From Candidatus Margulisiibacteriota bacterium (lineage in GTDB: Bacteria; Margulisbacteria; WOR-1; O2-12-FULL-45-9), in contig JAYEOW010000040.1 of assembly GCA_034723395.1 (NCBI GenBank), positions 782 through 64,781 of the forward strand: 64,000 nt of DNA, given 5' to 3'. Both the position numbers and the translations under genes were made by a program. The notes beneath the pieces were generated by a model that was not told where the DNA came from, did not search any database, and was given only the letters and a program-made list of their open reading frames with translations. How positions within the stretch are numbered: position 1 is the stretch's first letter; each line of letters begins with the position of its first letter. Of the stretch, positions 54,779 through 63,655 are shown piece by piece.

Positions 54779-56871
54779 CCGTATCCGAAGTACTAACTAA
54801 CCCTATCCAAGCCGAAGAAGATGCGACCGATCTTTCGGTATTTGTCCGCACCTCAACTGATGACATTGTCTCCTGGGACAAGGAAAAGATCGTAAAGGCG
54901 TTGCACAGGGAGACCGGGCTTAATCCTGAGATCGCGATGATCATTGCGATCGAGGTTGAGAAGCAGATCCGCGCTATGGCGGTCAAGGCGATCACTGCGC
55001 CATTAGTCAGGGAATTGGTTGATGTTAAGCTGCTTGAATACGGATTAGAAGACGCGCGCCGCAAGCATACCCGACTGGGGGTTCCGGTTTACGATGTAAA
55101 AAAGATCATCTTCCATAAGAATAAAGAGAACGCCAATTCTCCGCATTCGCCGGAGGCGACCAACCTGACCTTGGCCGAAAATATTAAAAAAGAATTTGCC
55201 CTTTTAAATGTTTTTTCGCTCCCGGTTGCCGACGCGCATATGTGCGGCGATATCCACCTGCACGATCTCGGATTTATCGACCGCCCTTATTGCAGCGGAC
55301 AATCGATCGAATATATTAAAAAGTACGGGCTCGATCTTCCGGATAGCAAAGGATCGGCCAAACCGGCAGCGGACGCGGATGAGCTGATCTCTCATATTGT
55401 AAAATTTTCAACCGCTTTGCACGGGCATTTTGCTGGAGCGATCGGGTGGGATGCGGTGAATCTATTTATAGCCCCTTACATCGAAGGGTATGGTTATGGG
55501 CACGTAAAAAGGCTGGCCCGTAAGTTGATCGAGGAGTTTGCTTCGGTTGCGGTTTCGCGGGGGGGGCAGGGCCTTTTTTCGGACCTGAATATTTATTGGG
55601 AGATCCCGAAGCATTTTGAAGATGTCCCGGCGATAGGTCGCGAGGGGATCGATACAGGAAGAAAGTATAAGGATTTTATAACCGAGGCCCAATCCTTTGC
55701 CCGCGCTATGTTTGAGGTTTATCTTGAGGGGGATGGGGTAGGGAGGCCTTTCTTTTTTCCAAAACCGCTGGTCCATATCACCAACAAGTTTTTTAATACT
55801 CCGGGGCATGAAGAATTTCTAAATTTGATCTCAAAGGTATCTTCCGAAATGGGGAATACCTATTTTGTTTTTGATCGCGGGGAAACCGCTAAGATCTCCG
55901 AATGCTGCCGGCTTTCTTTTAAGCTCGAATACTCTGATCTTTTAGATGCTAAGAAGCCATGGAGGATGAGATACTCTGCGATCCAAAACGTGACCTTAAA
56001 TTTGCCCCGCATGGCTTACCGTGCAAAAAAAGATAACGATAAGCTGTATGGAGAGATCGGGAGGATGTTGGAGGTAACGGCCCAGGCGCACGTTGAAAAG
56101 AGAAGGTTTATCGAACAGCTGTTAAAAGAGAAGAGCGATGGCCCTTTGTCTCTTTTGGCAATGGAGCGGGATGGGGAGGCTTATTTGCGCCTAAAAAGGG
56201 TAACTCATTTGATCGGGATCTTAGGGCTAAATGAAATGGTCCAGTATCATTGTGGAAAAGAGCTGCATGAAGGTAACGATGCGTTGCGGCTTGGTTTAAA
56301 GATAATCTCTTTTATGAAGATAAAGTGCCAGCAGCTTTCCGAAAAGTATGATCTTCACTTTGTTTTGGAGCAAACTCCGGCCGAGTCGACCGCCTACCGT
56401 TTTGCAAAACTGGACCGTGAACATTTTCCGGAGGAGAGCGGAAAAGTCGTGAAGGGGAAGGGAGAGAGCGACGAGATTTACTATACAAACTCGACCTATA
56501 TAAACATTTCTCACCCGATGAACCCGATTGACCGGGTAAAACAGGAGGGATTGTTCCATCCGCTGATCGATGCCGGGGCATTGACCCACGTCTGGTTGGG
56601 AGAGTCAAGGCCGAGCCCTGAATCGGTGGCAAATTTTGTTATCAAGACATTTAAAAATACCGATAACGAACAGATAGCCTTTTCACCTGAATTTACCGCT
56701 TGTGTAGATTGTGGAAAGACCGCGCGCGGGCTTTTTGAGCGCTGTCCCTATTGTTCATCTGGGAATATTGAGGGGATAACCCGGATCACCGGTTATTTCT
56801 CCCGTATCCCGGGATGGAATAAGGGGAAGATCGCGGAGTTAAAAGATCGTTACAAGGAGGGAATTAGATGA
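54775..56871 (+). CDS. nrdD: anaerobic ribonucleoside-triphosphate reductase (class III), tandem paralogue
   Basis: Collinear with copy 1, roughly 60% identical by eye (CVDCGK...CPYCSS; TRITGYFSR). Its start overlaps the copy-1 stop (ATGA). Confidence 0.8.
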   Translation: MTVSEVLTNPIQAEEDATDLSVFVRTSTDDIVSWDKEKIVKALHRETGLNPEIAMIIAIEVEKQIRAMAVKAITAPLVRELVDVKLLEYGLEDARRKHTRLGVPVYDVKKIIFHKNKENANSPHSPEATNLTLAENIKKEFALLNVFSLPVADAHMCGDIHLHDLGFIDRPYCSGQSIEYIKKYGLDLPDSKGSAKPAADADELISHIVKFSTALHGHFAGAIGWDAVNLFIAPYIEGYGYGHVKRLARKLIEEFASVAVSRGGQGLFSDLNIYWEIPKHFEDVPAIGREGIDTGRKYKDFITEAQSFARAMFEVYLEGDGVGRPFFFPKPLVHITNKFFNTPGHEEFLNLISKVSSEMGNTYFVFDRGETAKISECCRLSFKLEYSDLLDAKKPWRMRYSAIQNVTLNLPRMAYRAKKDNDKLYGEIGRMLEVTAQAHVEKRRFIEQLLKEKSDGPLSLLAMERDGEAYLRLKRVTHLIGILGLNEMVQYHCGKELHEGNDALRLGLKIISFMKIKCQQLSEKYDLHFVLEQTPAESTAYRFAKLDREHFPEESGKVVKGKGESDEIYYTNSTYINISHPMNPIDRVKQEGLFHPLIDAGALTHVWLGESRPSPESVANFVIKTFKNTDNEQIAFSPEFTACVDCGKTARGLFERCPYCSSGNIEGITRITGYFSRIPGWNKGKIAELKDRYKEGIR

Positions 56872-57158
56872 GTTTAGAAGTAAAAGTGTTCGGGAAACCG
56901 GGGTGTGAATTTTGTAAAACGACCATGAAAAAATTCGAGACCTTTTTCAGCCGCTGGAAGATCGATCCGGAAAAGGTGAAATTAGATTTCTTTGATATGG
57001 AAACGGTGGATGGGATGGCCGAAGGAGCGTTTTACGGCGTAACCAAAATTCCTTCAACCGTTATCGAAAAGGAGTCAGAAATTATAAGCCGCTGGGATGG
57101 GAAGGTCCCGCTTTCCGAGGAATTTAAAGATCATTTAAGCTCTTTTTCTTTAGCTTGA
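56868..57158 (+). CDS. glutaredoxin/thioredoxin-like small redoxin
   Basis: VFGKPGCEFCK CxxC motif, 96 aa. It overlaps the second nrdD stop. Confidence 0.5.
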   Translation: MSLEVKVFGKPGCEFCKTTMKKFETFFSRWKIDPEKVKLDFFDMETVDGMAEGAFYGVTKIPSTVIEKESEIISRWDGKVPLSEEFKDHLSSFSLA

Positions 57159-58594
57159 ACAATTAAGGCGTTGCTGACCCTGCGTTGATAACCGGCGGTT
57201 GGCTGGTTTATGCTTTTTCCCTTGATTACCATGGTGGAAGAGCTTCCTCCATCCAGGTTCATCGCGTCTACTGCCCCAAGACTGATCATGAGGTTAGAGA
57301 GCTCCTCTAACGAAGCTCCGATACTCACGTGATTTTTCTGCCTCAGTTTCTTGCGGCGCGGCCTTCCGTCGACAGTTACCAGCAGAAGGCGGTGGTCTTT
57401 GGTCAGGCCGATTGCGGTGCGGGCGGCCCTCCCTCTGGCGATGTCCATTTTAAATCGCTCTTCATGTTTTGAGACATAAACCCGGCCGTGTTTTAGGATG
57501 CGCGGCCCGCCGGAGATAAGGTTTACGATGTTTTTTGGTGAGGTAGTGTAGGGGATGATTTTGATCGCTGTATCTACTCTTTCCCCAACTTTAATGCTTT
57601 CGGAGAATACCTCGACCTGGGGTCCGCTGACAGAGATTACGTAGCCGTCCTGCGGGATATTAGAGTTCGAAACGTTAATTTTAGTTATTTTTGACCCCGA
57701 CACCACGATCTCGATCCCCTGCTGGTTGGTCCCGGTACTCTCTCCCCAGACGGGGGTATACATGATCGTATCGCTACTTCCCCGTCCCTGATTGATCCCG
57801 GTTATTTTGTATCGGGTCCTGTTCGCTGTGTAAAAGTAGCTTGAAACGAATATATTATCTATATACGGGGTATTGTTCTCGTCAAGAAAGAAGGCGGTCC
57901 GGTCGTAGATCGGGGAGGAAACGATCTCACGGTCGATCATCAGGGCGCCGAGCGGACTGCCGGTCGAGGCAAAAAAGGTGCCGTTTATTCCGGCGATCCC
58001 TCCATTCTCGTCCACGATGTTGTTTACTTTGTCCAGGTAAAAATGTTCCCTTTCAGCGGTTGGCCGGGTCCAGGGCATAATGATATTAATAAATGAGTCG
58101 ACCAGGTTGCTCTTTTGTTTTCGAGCCAGCGCCGGGCGCACACTTGCCTGGTCAAGGTTGACGCGGAGGACATTGGCTTTGATCTGCCCGGATTGGATGC
58201 CTTTTTTTACCTCGAGGTGTTCGATCCCCGGGGCGACCGTCCCGCCATACGTGATATTTAAATATTCTCGCCCGAAATCGACTACCAGGCGGGGCGGGTA
58301 GTTCAGGTAAAAGATATTATATTCGATCGGCTCGGACAGGGGGATAGTGACCTTTAAGTCTTCTCCATCCCTTTCGATCTCAAAATATCTTACGATCAGG
58401 TCATTTAGCTCAACGTAACTCTCAATCTGCTTCCCCGCGTCTATATCTTTAAAACGGAGAACGATCTTGTCTTTTGATTCTTCACTCTCGTAAGTGAATC
58501 CGTCGTCAAAATCAAAGACCGCGCGTATCTTGTCCGGATAGTGTCCGAAACGCACCCGGTAGAGGGTGGCAGCGTTAACCGATCCTCCAAGCAA
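57131..58594 (-). CDS. phosphodiester glycosidase family protein (NAGPA-like, DUF2233) with an N-terminal AMIN-like domain
   Basis: The C-terminal DAMNLDGGSSSTMV matches the family motif. The N-terminal RVRFGHYPDKIRAVFDF...PPRLVVDF resembles an AMIN domain. A signal-peptide-like sequence lies in frame upstream of the first canonical start. Confidence 0.6.
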   Translation of the reverse strand: MLGGSVNAATLYRVRFGHYPDKIRAVFDFDDGFTYESEESKDKIVLRFKDIDAGKQIESYVELNDLIVRYFEIERDGEDLKVTIPLSEPIEYNIFYLNYPPRLVVDFGREYLNITYGGTVAPGIEHLEVKKGIQSGQIKANVLRVNLDQASVRPALARKQKSNLVDSFINIIMPWTRPTAEREHFYLDKVNNIVDENGGIAGINGTFFASTGSPLGALMIDREIVSSPIYDRTAFFLDENNTPYIDNIFVSSYFYTANRTRYKITGINQGRGSSDTIMYTPVWGESTGTNQQGIEIVVSGSKITKINVSNSNIPQDGYVISVSGPQVEVFSESIKVGERVDTAIKIIPYTTSPKNIVNLISGGPRILKHGRVYVSKHEERFKMDIARGRAARTAIGLTKDHRLLLVTVDGRPRRKKLRQKNHVSIGASLEELSNLMISLGAVDAMNLDGGSSSTMVIKGKSINQPTAGYQRRVSNALIVQAKEKELK

Positions 58595-58614
58595 AAACGC
58601 GATCAGTAATGTGA

Positions 58615-59457
58615 TTAATGTTCTAATTGTTCAATTACCTCTCTAATAACCCAGTCGGGCGTTGATGCCCCGGCGGTTATTCCAATCTTCTCTTTCCCCT
58701 CAAGCCACGCTGGATCCAGCTCTTTCACCGTTTGTATCTGATGGGTTTCTGTCCCAATATTATTACAGAGTTCGGTAAGGCGTTTTGTATTCGCGCTCTT
58801 TTTGTCCCCGATAACCAGCACCAGTTCTACTTTCCTTGCCAGGTCCATGGCTGCCTCCTGGCGTTTTGAGGTCGCTCCGCAGATCGTGTCGTATTCTTTA
58901 ACATCCTTCGCCAGTTTTCTTATGGCAGCCACGATCTTTTTAAAATGCGTTTCTGATTGGGTGGTCTGCGCCAGCACGCCTACTCTAGTATCAGCATGAA
59001 TATCGATTTTTTTCAGTCCATCTGGATTTTCCACCACAACCCCTTTTCCTTTGCTCCAGCCGATCAGTCCCTTAACTTCGGTATGGCCGTTGTCTCCGAC
59101 GATAACGACCAGGCGGTTTTCATTTGCAAAGCTCTCCGCTACTTTTTGCGCCTTCTTTACCCAGGCGCAGGTGGTATCAATTGTTCCTAAGCCTTTGTCT
59201 TTTGCCTCCTGGTAAACCTGTGGGGGGACCCCATGGGCGGATATTAAAATTATCCCTTCCGGGCCGGACGCGATCTCAGATACGGTTTTTGCGGTTTTGA
59301 TCCCGGCTTTATTGAACTTATCGATAACCTGGGTGTTATGGACGAGATTCCCAAGCATATATACGGGATGACCAGTTTTGGTTTGGTCGAGCGCGATTTT
59401 GTAAGCTCTTTCTACCCCTTCGCAGAATCCGGCATGTTCAGCCGTGAATATTTGCAT
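58615..59457 (-). CDS. ispH: 4-hydroxy-3-methylbut-2-enyl diphosphate reductase
   Basis: FCEGVERA start and conserved Cys/His pattern, 280 aa. Confidence 0.9.
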   Translation of the reverse strand: MQIFTAEHAGFCEGVERAYKIALDQTKTGHPVYMLGNLVHNTQVIDKFNKAGIKTAKTVSEIASGPEGIILISAHGVPPQVYQEAKDKGLGTIDTTCAWVKKAQKVAESFANENRLVVIVGDNGHTEVKGLIGWSKGKGVVVENPDGLKKIDIHADTRVGVLAQTTQSETHFKKIVAAIRKLAKDVKEYDTICGATSKRQEAAMDLARKVELVLVIGDKKSANTKRLTELCNNIGTETHQIQTVKELDPAWLEGKEKIGITAGASTPDWVIREVIEQLEH

Positions 59458-60604
59458 CTTTCATCCGCTTGATCGCTTCTTTGATCCGTTCCTTGGGGAT
59501 CGTGATCGCGAAGCGAACGTATCCCTCTCCGAAGGAGCCGTAACCACTGCCGGGGACGGTTAGAATACCGCATTTTTCAAGCAGCTTTTCGGCAAAGGAG
59601 GCCGACGTCTCATCTTTCGGCACTGGGGCCCATATATAGAAAGTCGCTTTTGGCTTATTGAGCTTCCAGCCCAGTGAATTTAATCCGTCAACCAGCACAT
59701 TCCGGCGCTCCTCAAAGATCTTGTTGTTTTCAGCAATGCACTGCTGAGGACCTGAGAGCGCCTCGATCGCCGCCAGCTGGATCGCTTTAAAAGCGCCGCT
59801 GTCGACGTTGGATTTGATCGTTGCCAACGCCTGGACAGCTTCTTTGTTCCCTACGGCCATGCCAATGCGCCAGCCGGTCATATTATAGGTTTTAGAAAGA
59901 GAATGGAGCTCAATCGCAACCTCCTTTGCGCCGGGAATTTCTAAGATCGAGCTTGGTCTATACTCACCGTAGGCCATTTCAGAATAAGCGAGATCAGAGA
60001 CGATCAGCAGGTCGTTTGCTTTGGCGAAGTTTACGCATTTTTCGAGGAAATCTTTTCCAGCCACGGCCCCTGTGGGATTATTCGGATAGTTGATAAATAA
60101 AAGCTTTGCCCTTTTTAGTATATCAGCCGGGATATTGTCCAGATCGGGGATAAAATTATTTTCCGCGGTCAACGGCAGGATGTAAGGGTCTCCTCCTGCC
60201 AGAATTGTCCCTATTTTATAGACCGGATAAGCGGGGTCGGGGACGAGCGAGATATCTCCCGCATCTATAAAAGCAAAAAAGAGGTGGGCTAATCCCTCTT
60301 TTGATCCCAGCAGGGTGCAAACTTCGGTCTTTGGGTCGAGCGAGACATTAAAGCGTTCTTTATACCAATTGGACACCGCCTTCCTAAAAGAGATCTCCCC
60401 CCTGGATGACGGGTAATTTGCCGCTGCTTTGGTCTCTAATACGTCGTGCATTTTTTTGAAAATGTGGTCGGGGGTGGGGAGGTCGGGATCGCCGATCCCG
60501 AAGTCGATGATATCAACCCCTTTTTTGGTCAGCTCTTCTTTTTTCTCCTCTATCTTAACGAATAGATAAGGAGGGATCTGTTTTAGCCTTTTGGATTTTC
60601 TCAT
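59438..60604 (-). CDS. dapL: LL-diaminopimelate aminotransferase (class I aminotransferase)
   Basis: IPPYLF...DIIDFGIGDPDLPTP N-terminus and the SLSKTYNMTGWRIG PLP-lysine region, 388 aa. Adjacent to dapF. Confidence 0.75.
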   Translation of the reverse strand: MRKSKRLKQIPPYLFVKIEEKKEELTKKGVDIIDFGIGDPDLPTPDHIFKKMHDVLETKAAANYPSSRGEISFRKAVSNWYKERFNVSLDPKTEVCTLLGSKEGLAHLFFAFIDAGDISLVPDPAYPVYKIGTILAGGDPYILPLTAENNFIPDLDNIPADILKRAKLLFINYPNNPTGAVAGKDFLEKCVNFAKANDLLIVSDLAYSEMAYGEYRPSSILEIPGAKEVAIELHSLSKTYNMTGWRIGMAVGNKEAVQALATIKSNVDSGAFKAIQLAAIEALSGPQQCIAENNKIFEERRNVLVDGLNSLGWKLNKPKATFYIWAPVPKDETSASFAEKLLEKCGILTVPGSGYGSFGEGYVRFAITIPKERIKEAIKRMKDANIHG

Positions 60605-61389
60605 TGACCATACTTCCCTTCAAAAACTTTCTTGGCCGGTCCGCGAAGCAAAACATGCTTTTCTTCATTTAGTTCTATATCCAGGTCTCCTCCCGGGAGA
60701 TGGACGACCGCCCGTTTAAGCCCGCTGGCAACCATTGAGGCGCATGCTCCCGTCCCACAGGCCAAGGTCTCTCCGGCGCCGCGTTCCCAGACCAGTACTT
60801 CTAATTCTTTATCGTTTAAGATCCGAACGAATTCGACGTTTGTCCGATTAGGAAAATTCGGATGATTTTCAATTAAGGGGCCAATATCGGTAATATCAAT
60901 TTCGGACAAATCCTCTGCAAGAATAACGGCATGTGGATTCCCCATAGAAATTTCCTGAATTTCAAGCTCAATATCCTTAATTTTTAATTTTTCGTTTTTA
61001 ATTTTCTTTGGGATTCCCATATCGACTTCGACCCCCGCGACCGTTTTATCCGGGCCGAGAATTACGGCAGGGAGAATTATCCCTGCGAGAGTTTCGACCG
61101 AAATAACCTCTTCCTCTTTAAGTTTGTCAGCTTCGTATACATATTTTGTAAAGCAGCGGATCCCATTGCCGCACATCTCCGGCTCGGAGCCGTCCGGGTT
61201 AAAGATCTGCATCCGGTAGTGCGCTTTTTCGGAAGGCCAGACGACCAAGAGACCGTCAGCGCCGACCCCAAAGTGCCGATCGCAGATATCGATCGCCAGC
61301 TGTTTCAAATCGACCCCTTTTAGGTCGTCTTTCCGGCTGTCGATCAGCACGAAATCATTCCCTAAACCGTGATATTTACTGAACTTCAT
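60601..61389 (-). CDS. dapF: diaminopimelate epimerase
   Basis: HGLGNDFVLID and the two catalytic Cys contexts (CGNG; CGTG), 262 aa. Confidence 0.9.
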   Translation of the reverse strand: MKFSKYHGLGNDFVLIDSRKDDLKGVDLKQLAIDICDRHFGVGADGLLVVWPSEKAHYRMQIFNPDGSEPEMCGNGIRCFTKYVYEADKLKEEEVISVETLAGIILPAVILGPDKTVAGVEVDMGIPKKIKNEKLKIKDIELEIQEISMGNPHAVILAEDLSEIDITDIGPLIENHPNFPNRTNVEFVRILNDKELEVLVWERGAGETLACGTGACASMVASGLKRAVVHLPGGDLDIELNEEKHVLLRGPAKKVFEGKYGQ

Positions 61390-61738
61390 AATAAGCCGCC
61401 TTTGCTGTCGCCGATTCCCAGACGACCGCTTTACTTACTGACCCTATCTTCTTTTTCATCGCTTGATAAATAAACCGGGCCAAATTTTCGGATGATGGAT
61501 TTTCGGAATCGAAAGGTTTTATGTCATTCAATAATTTATGGTCGAACATATCCAAAACTTCTTTTAAGTTATTTTTGAACTCCTTAAAATCGATCAGCAG
61601 ACCGGTTTTATTGAGTTTATCCCCCTTTAGGAAAACCTGGATCTTCCAGCTGTGGCCGTGCAGGTTCTCGCAGGGGCCTTGGTAGCCCCGCAGCGCATGG
61701 GCGGCATGGAAAGTATCTTCGACCATCAATTCGTACAT
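61376..61738 (-). CDS. queD: 6-carboxy-5,6,7,8-tetrahydropterin synthase
   Basis: FHAAHAL...CENLHGHSW zinc motif, 120 aa. Confidence 0.8.
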   Translation of the reverse strand: MYELMVEDTFHAAHALRGYQGPCENLHGHSWKIQVFLKGDKLNKTGLLIDFKEFKNNLKEVLDMFDHKLLNDIKPFDSENPSSENLARFIYQAMKKKIGSVSKAVVWESATAKAAYYEVQ

Positions 61739-61758
61739 ACCCTAATTTTACCGTATTT

Positions 61759-62523
61759 TTAAGTAAGTGTCACTTGTTTGGCGCCGATAATCGGCTTGCC
61801 TAACAGACGGGAACCAAGGTCCTGGAACTGGATGGCTGGACCGGTAGTGAAATACTCGTATTTGGCGGGCGATATGTTGGTTTTTAAAGTTCCGGCCTTT
61901 TTAAGTATCTTTTTTATTTCAATGGTTGCTTCTTCTGCGGGATCGATTAGGACCACGTCTTTACCGGTGATAGTTTGGATAATTTTTTTAAGATGTGGAT
62001 AATGCGTGCAGCCCAGGATCAGCGTATCGATTTTTTCCTTGAGTAAAGGTTTAAGATATTCTTTAGCTGCCCTTTTGGTCTCTTCTGCCCCGATAAATCC
62101 CCCCTCAATTAAGGGGACAAAGAGGGGGCAGCCGGCAGCGTGGACATTTGTCTCTTTCTTCAATGCTTTGATCTTTTTTTGAAACGCGTGGGAATTAACT
62201 GTGGCGGCAGTTGCGATTATTCCGATATTACCGGAGCGGGTTGCCGCCACGGCCGCTTCAGATCCCGGGTCGACCAGGTTTATAATTTCTACTTTATAAT
62301 CGTCTTTGACCGCTGGATAGGCGATTGCCGATGATGTCCCGCAAGCCATCACGACCATTTTGGCCCCTTGTTTAATAAGAAATGGGATGATTTCGTGATT
62401 GATCTTGATTATTTCTTGCGCAGAGCGCCCGCCGTAAGGGACGCGGGCGGTATCTGCCAGGTAGATCAGGTCTTCATCGGGGAGTCTTTTTATGATCTGG
62501 GAAATAACCGTAAGTCCGCCCAC
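61759..62523 (-). CDS. murI: glutamate racemase
   Basis: VMACGTSS, LGCTHYPHL and the N-terminal D-S-G-V-G-G motif, which lies upstream of the first canonical start. The frame is open to about 62630 with only ATT/ATC/ATA candidates. Confidence 0.8.
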   Translation of the reverse strand: MGGLTVISQIIKRLPDEDLIYLADTARVPYGGRSAQEIIKINHEIIPFLIKQGAKMVVMACGTSSAIAYPAVKDDYKVEIINLVDPGSEAAVAATRSGNIGIIATAATVNSHAFQKKIKALKKETNVHAAGCPLFVPLIEGGFIGAEETKRAAKEYLKPLLKEKIDTLILGCTHYPHLKKIIQTITGKDVVLIDPAEEATIEIKKILKKAGTLKTNISPAKYEYFTTGPAIQFQDLGSRLLGKPIIGAKQVTLT

Positions 62524-62620
62524 TCCCGAATCAAAAACGCCGATCGGGGAGGAGGGGGTGATCTTTTCGGGCTTTGTTTTCCCTCCTATTTTTGGAGTTA
62601 CCTTATCGGCAACTATTTTT

Positions 62621-63655
62621 CTAACGATCCCTACTTCTGAAATAGTTCTTAACCCCCTTTACAATATAGGCCGCGACCTCTTTTTGGAAGCTCTGCTTTT
62701 TTGCCAAACTAGATTCTTTGGGATTGCTGATATACACCGGTTCAACCAGCGCCGACGGCATATTAGTATGGTTGCATACGTAAAGCATCGCTTTTCTAAG
62801 CCCTCGGTCCCTTCTTTTTATTCCGCGGATAAGGCTCCGGTGAATATTCAGGGCCAGGTTACGGCTCTTTTGCTTGTAATAAAAGGTCTCCGTGCCGGAG
62901 GCAGATCGGATACCGGAATAATTGTAATGGATCGAGATAAAAATGTCAGCCTTAGTTTTATTAGCGAACTTGACAATGTCTCTTAGATTGTATTTCCGGT
63001 CGCTATTTCTGGTCAGATAAACGGTGGCGCCGGCCAACTTCAGCAGATAAGCGGTTTTTCGCGCGGTTTGAAGGTTAAACGTTTTTTCGGGGATCCCATC
63101 CAAAGAGAATGCTCCTGGATCTCTCCCCCCATGTCCGGGATCGATCACGATAATTTTCCCCTTCAGCGGAAGGTTCCCCCCTTTTTTAACCGGTTTATAT
63201 TTATAAGCTTTGATTTTCTGGCCTTTTTCTTTGAGATTGGCCTTTTCCCATGCAGCCAATATTTTATCCGCACGATCGGTCCGATCGGAGATCTCAACCA
63301 CCGATTTGTTCCGGCCAAAAACATTTACAATCTCATAATCGATATCTTTTTTTAGATAGACGACGATACGGGCTGTGTTTTTATCCAATTGTTTCACGCG
63401 GACATCGCTGATCCGTTTTGATTTTCGCTTCGATATTTTTATATTTTTACTGACGCTTGTGTTAGATAGGTCAATAACAAGTTTGTCCTCGAGCAGCAAC
63501 CCCTTCCCCTTTACGTATCCGGTGGTGTAGATATCCAGGTAGTCAAACCCCCGATCGCGCTTTGCCTCAACTTCGCTAAGCCGCCGGTTTTCGGCCGATA
63601 GGGGGGAGACCAGGAACGCGGCCAGGATAATTATGCTAAAGATATTCCTAGGCAT
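62621..63655 (-). CDS. N-acetylmuramoyl-L-alanine amidase (Amidase_3) with an N-terminal AMIN-like domain
   Basis: IVIDPGHGGRDPGA and later E/H zinc ligands, plus a signal peptide, 344 aa. Confidence 0.8.
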   Translation of the reverse strand: MPRNIFSIIILAAFLVSPLSAENRRLSEVEAKRDRGFDYLDIYTTGYVKGKGLLLEDKLVIDLSNTSVSKNIKISKRKSKRISDVRVKQLDKNTARIVVYLKKDIDYEIVNVFGRNKSVVEISDRTDRADKILAAWEKANLKEKGQKIKAYKYKPVKKGGNLPLKGKIIVIDPGHGGRDPGAFSLDGIPEKTFNLQTARKTAYLLKLAGATVYLTRNSDRKYNLRDIVKFANKTKADIFISIHYNYSGIRSASGTETFYYKQKSRNLALNIHRSLIRGIKRRDRGLRKAMLYVCNHTNMPSALVEPVYISNPKESSLAKKQSFQKEVAAYIVKGVKNYFRSRDR

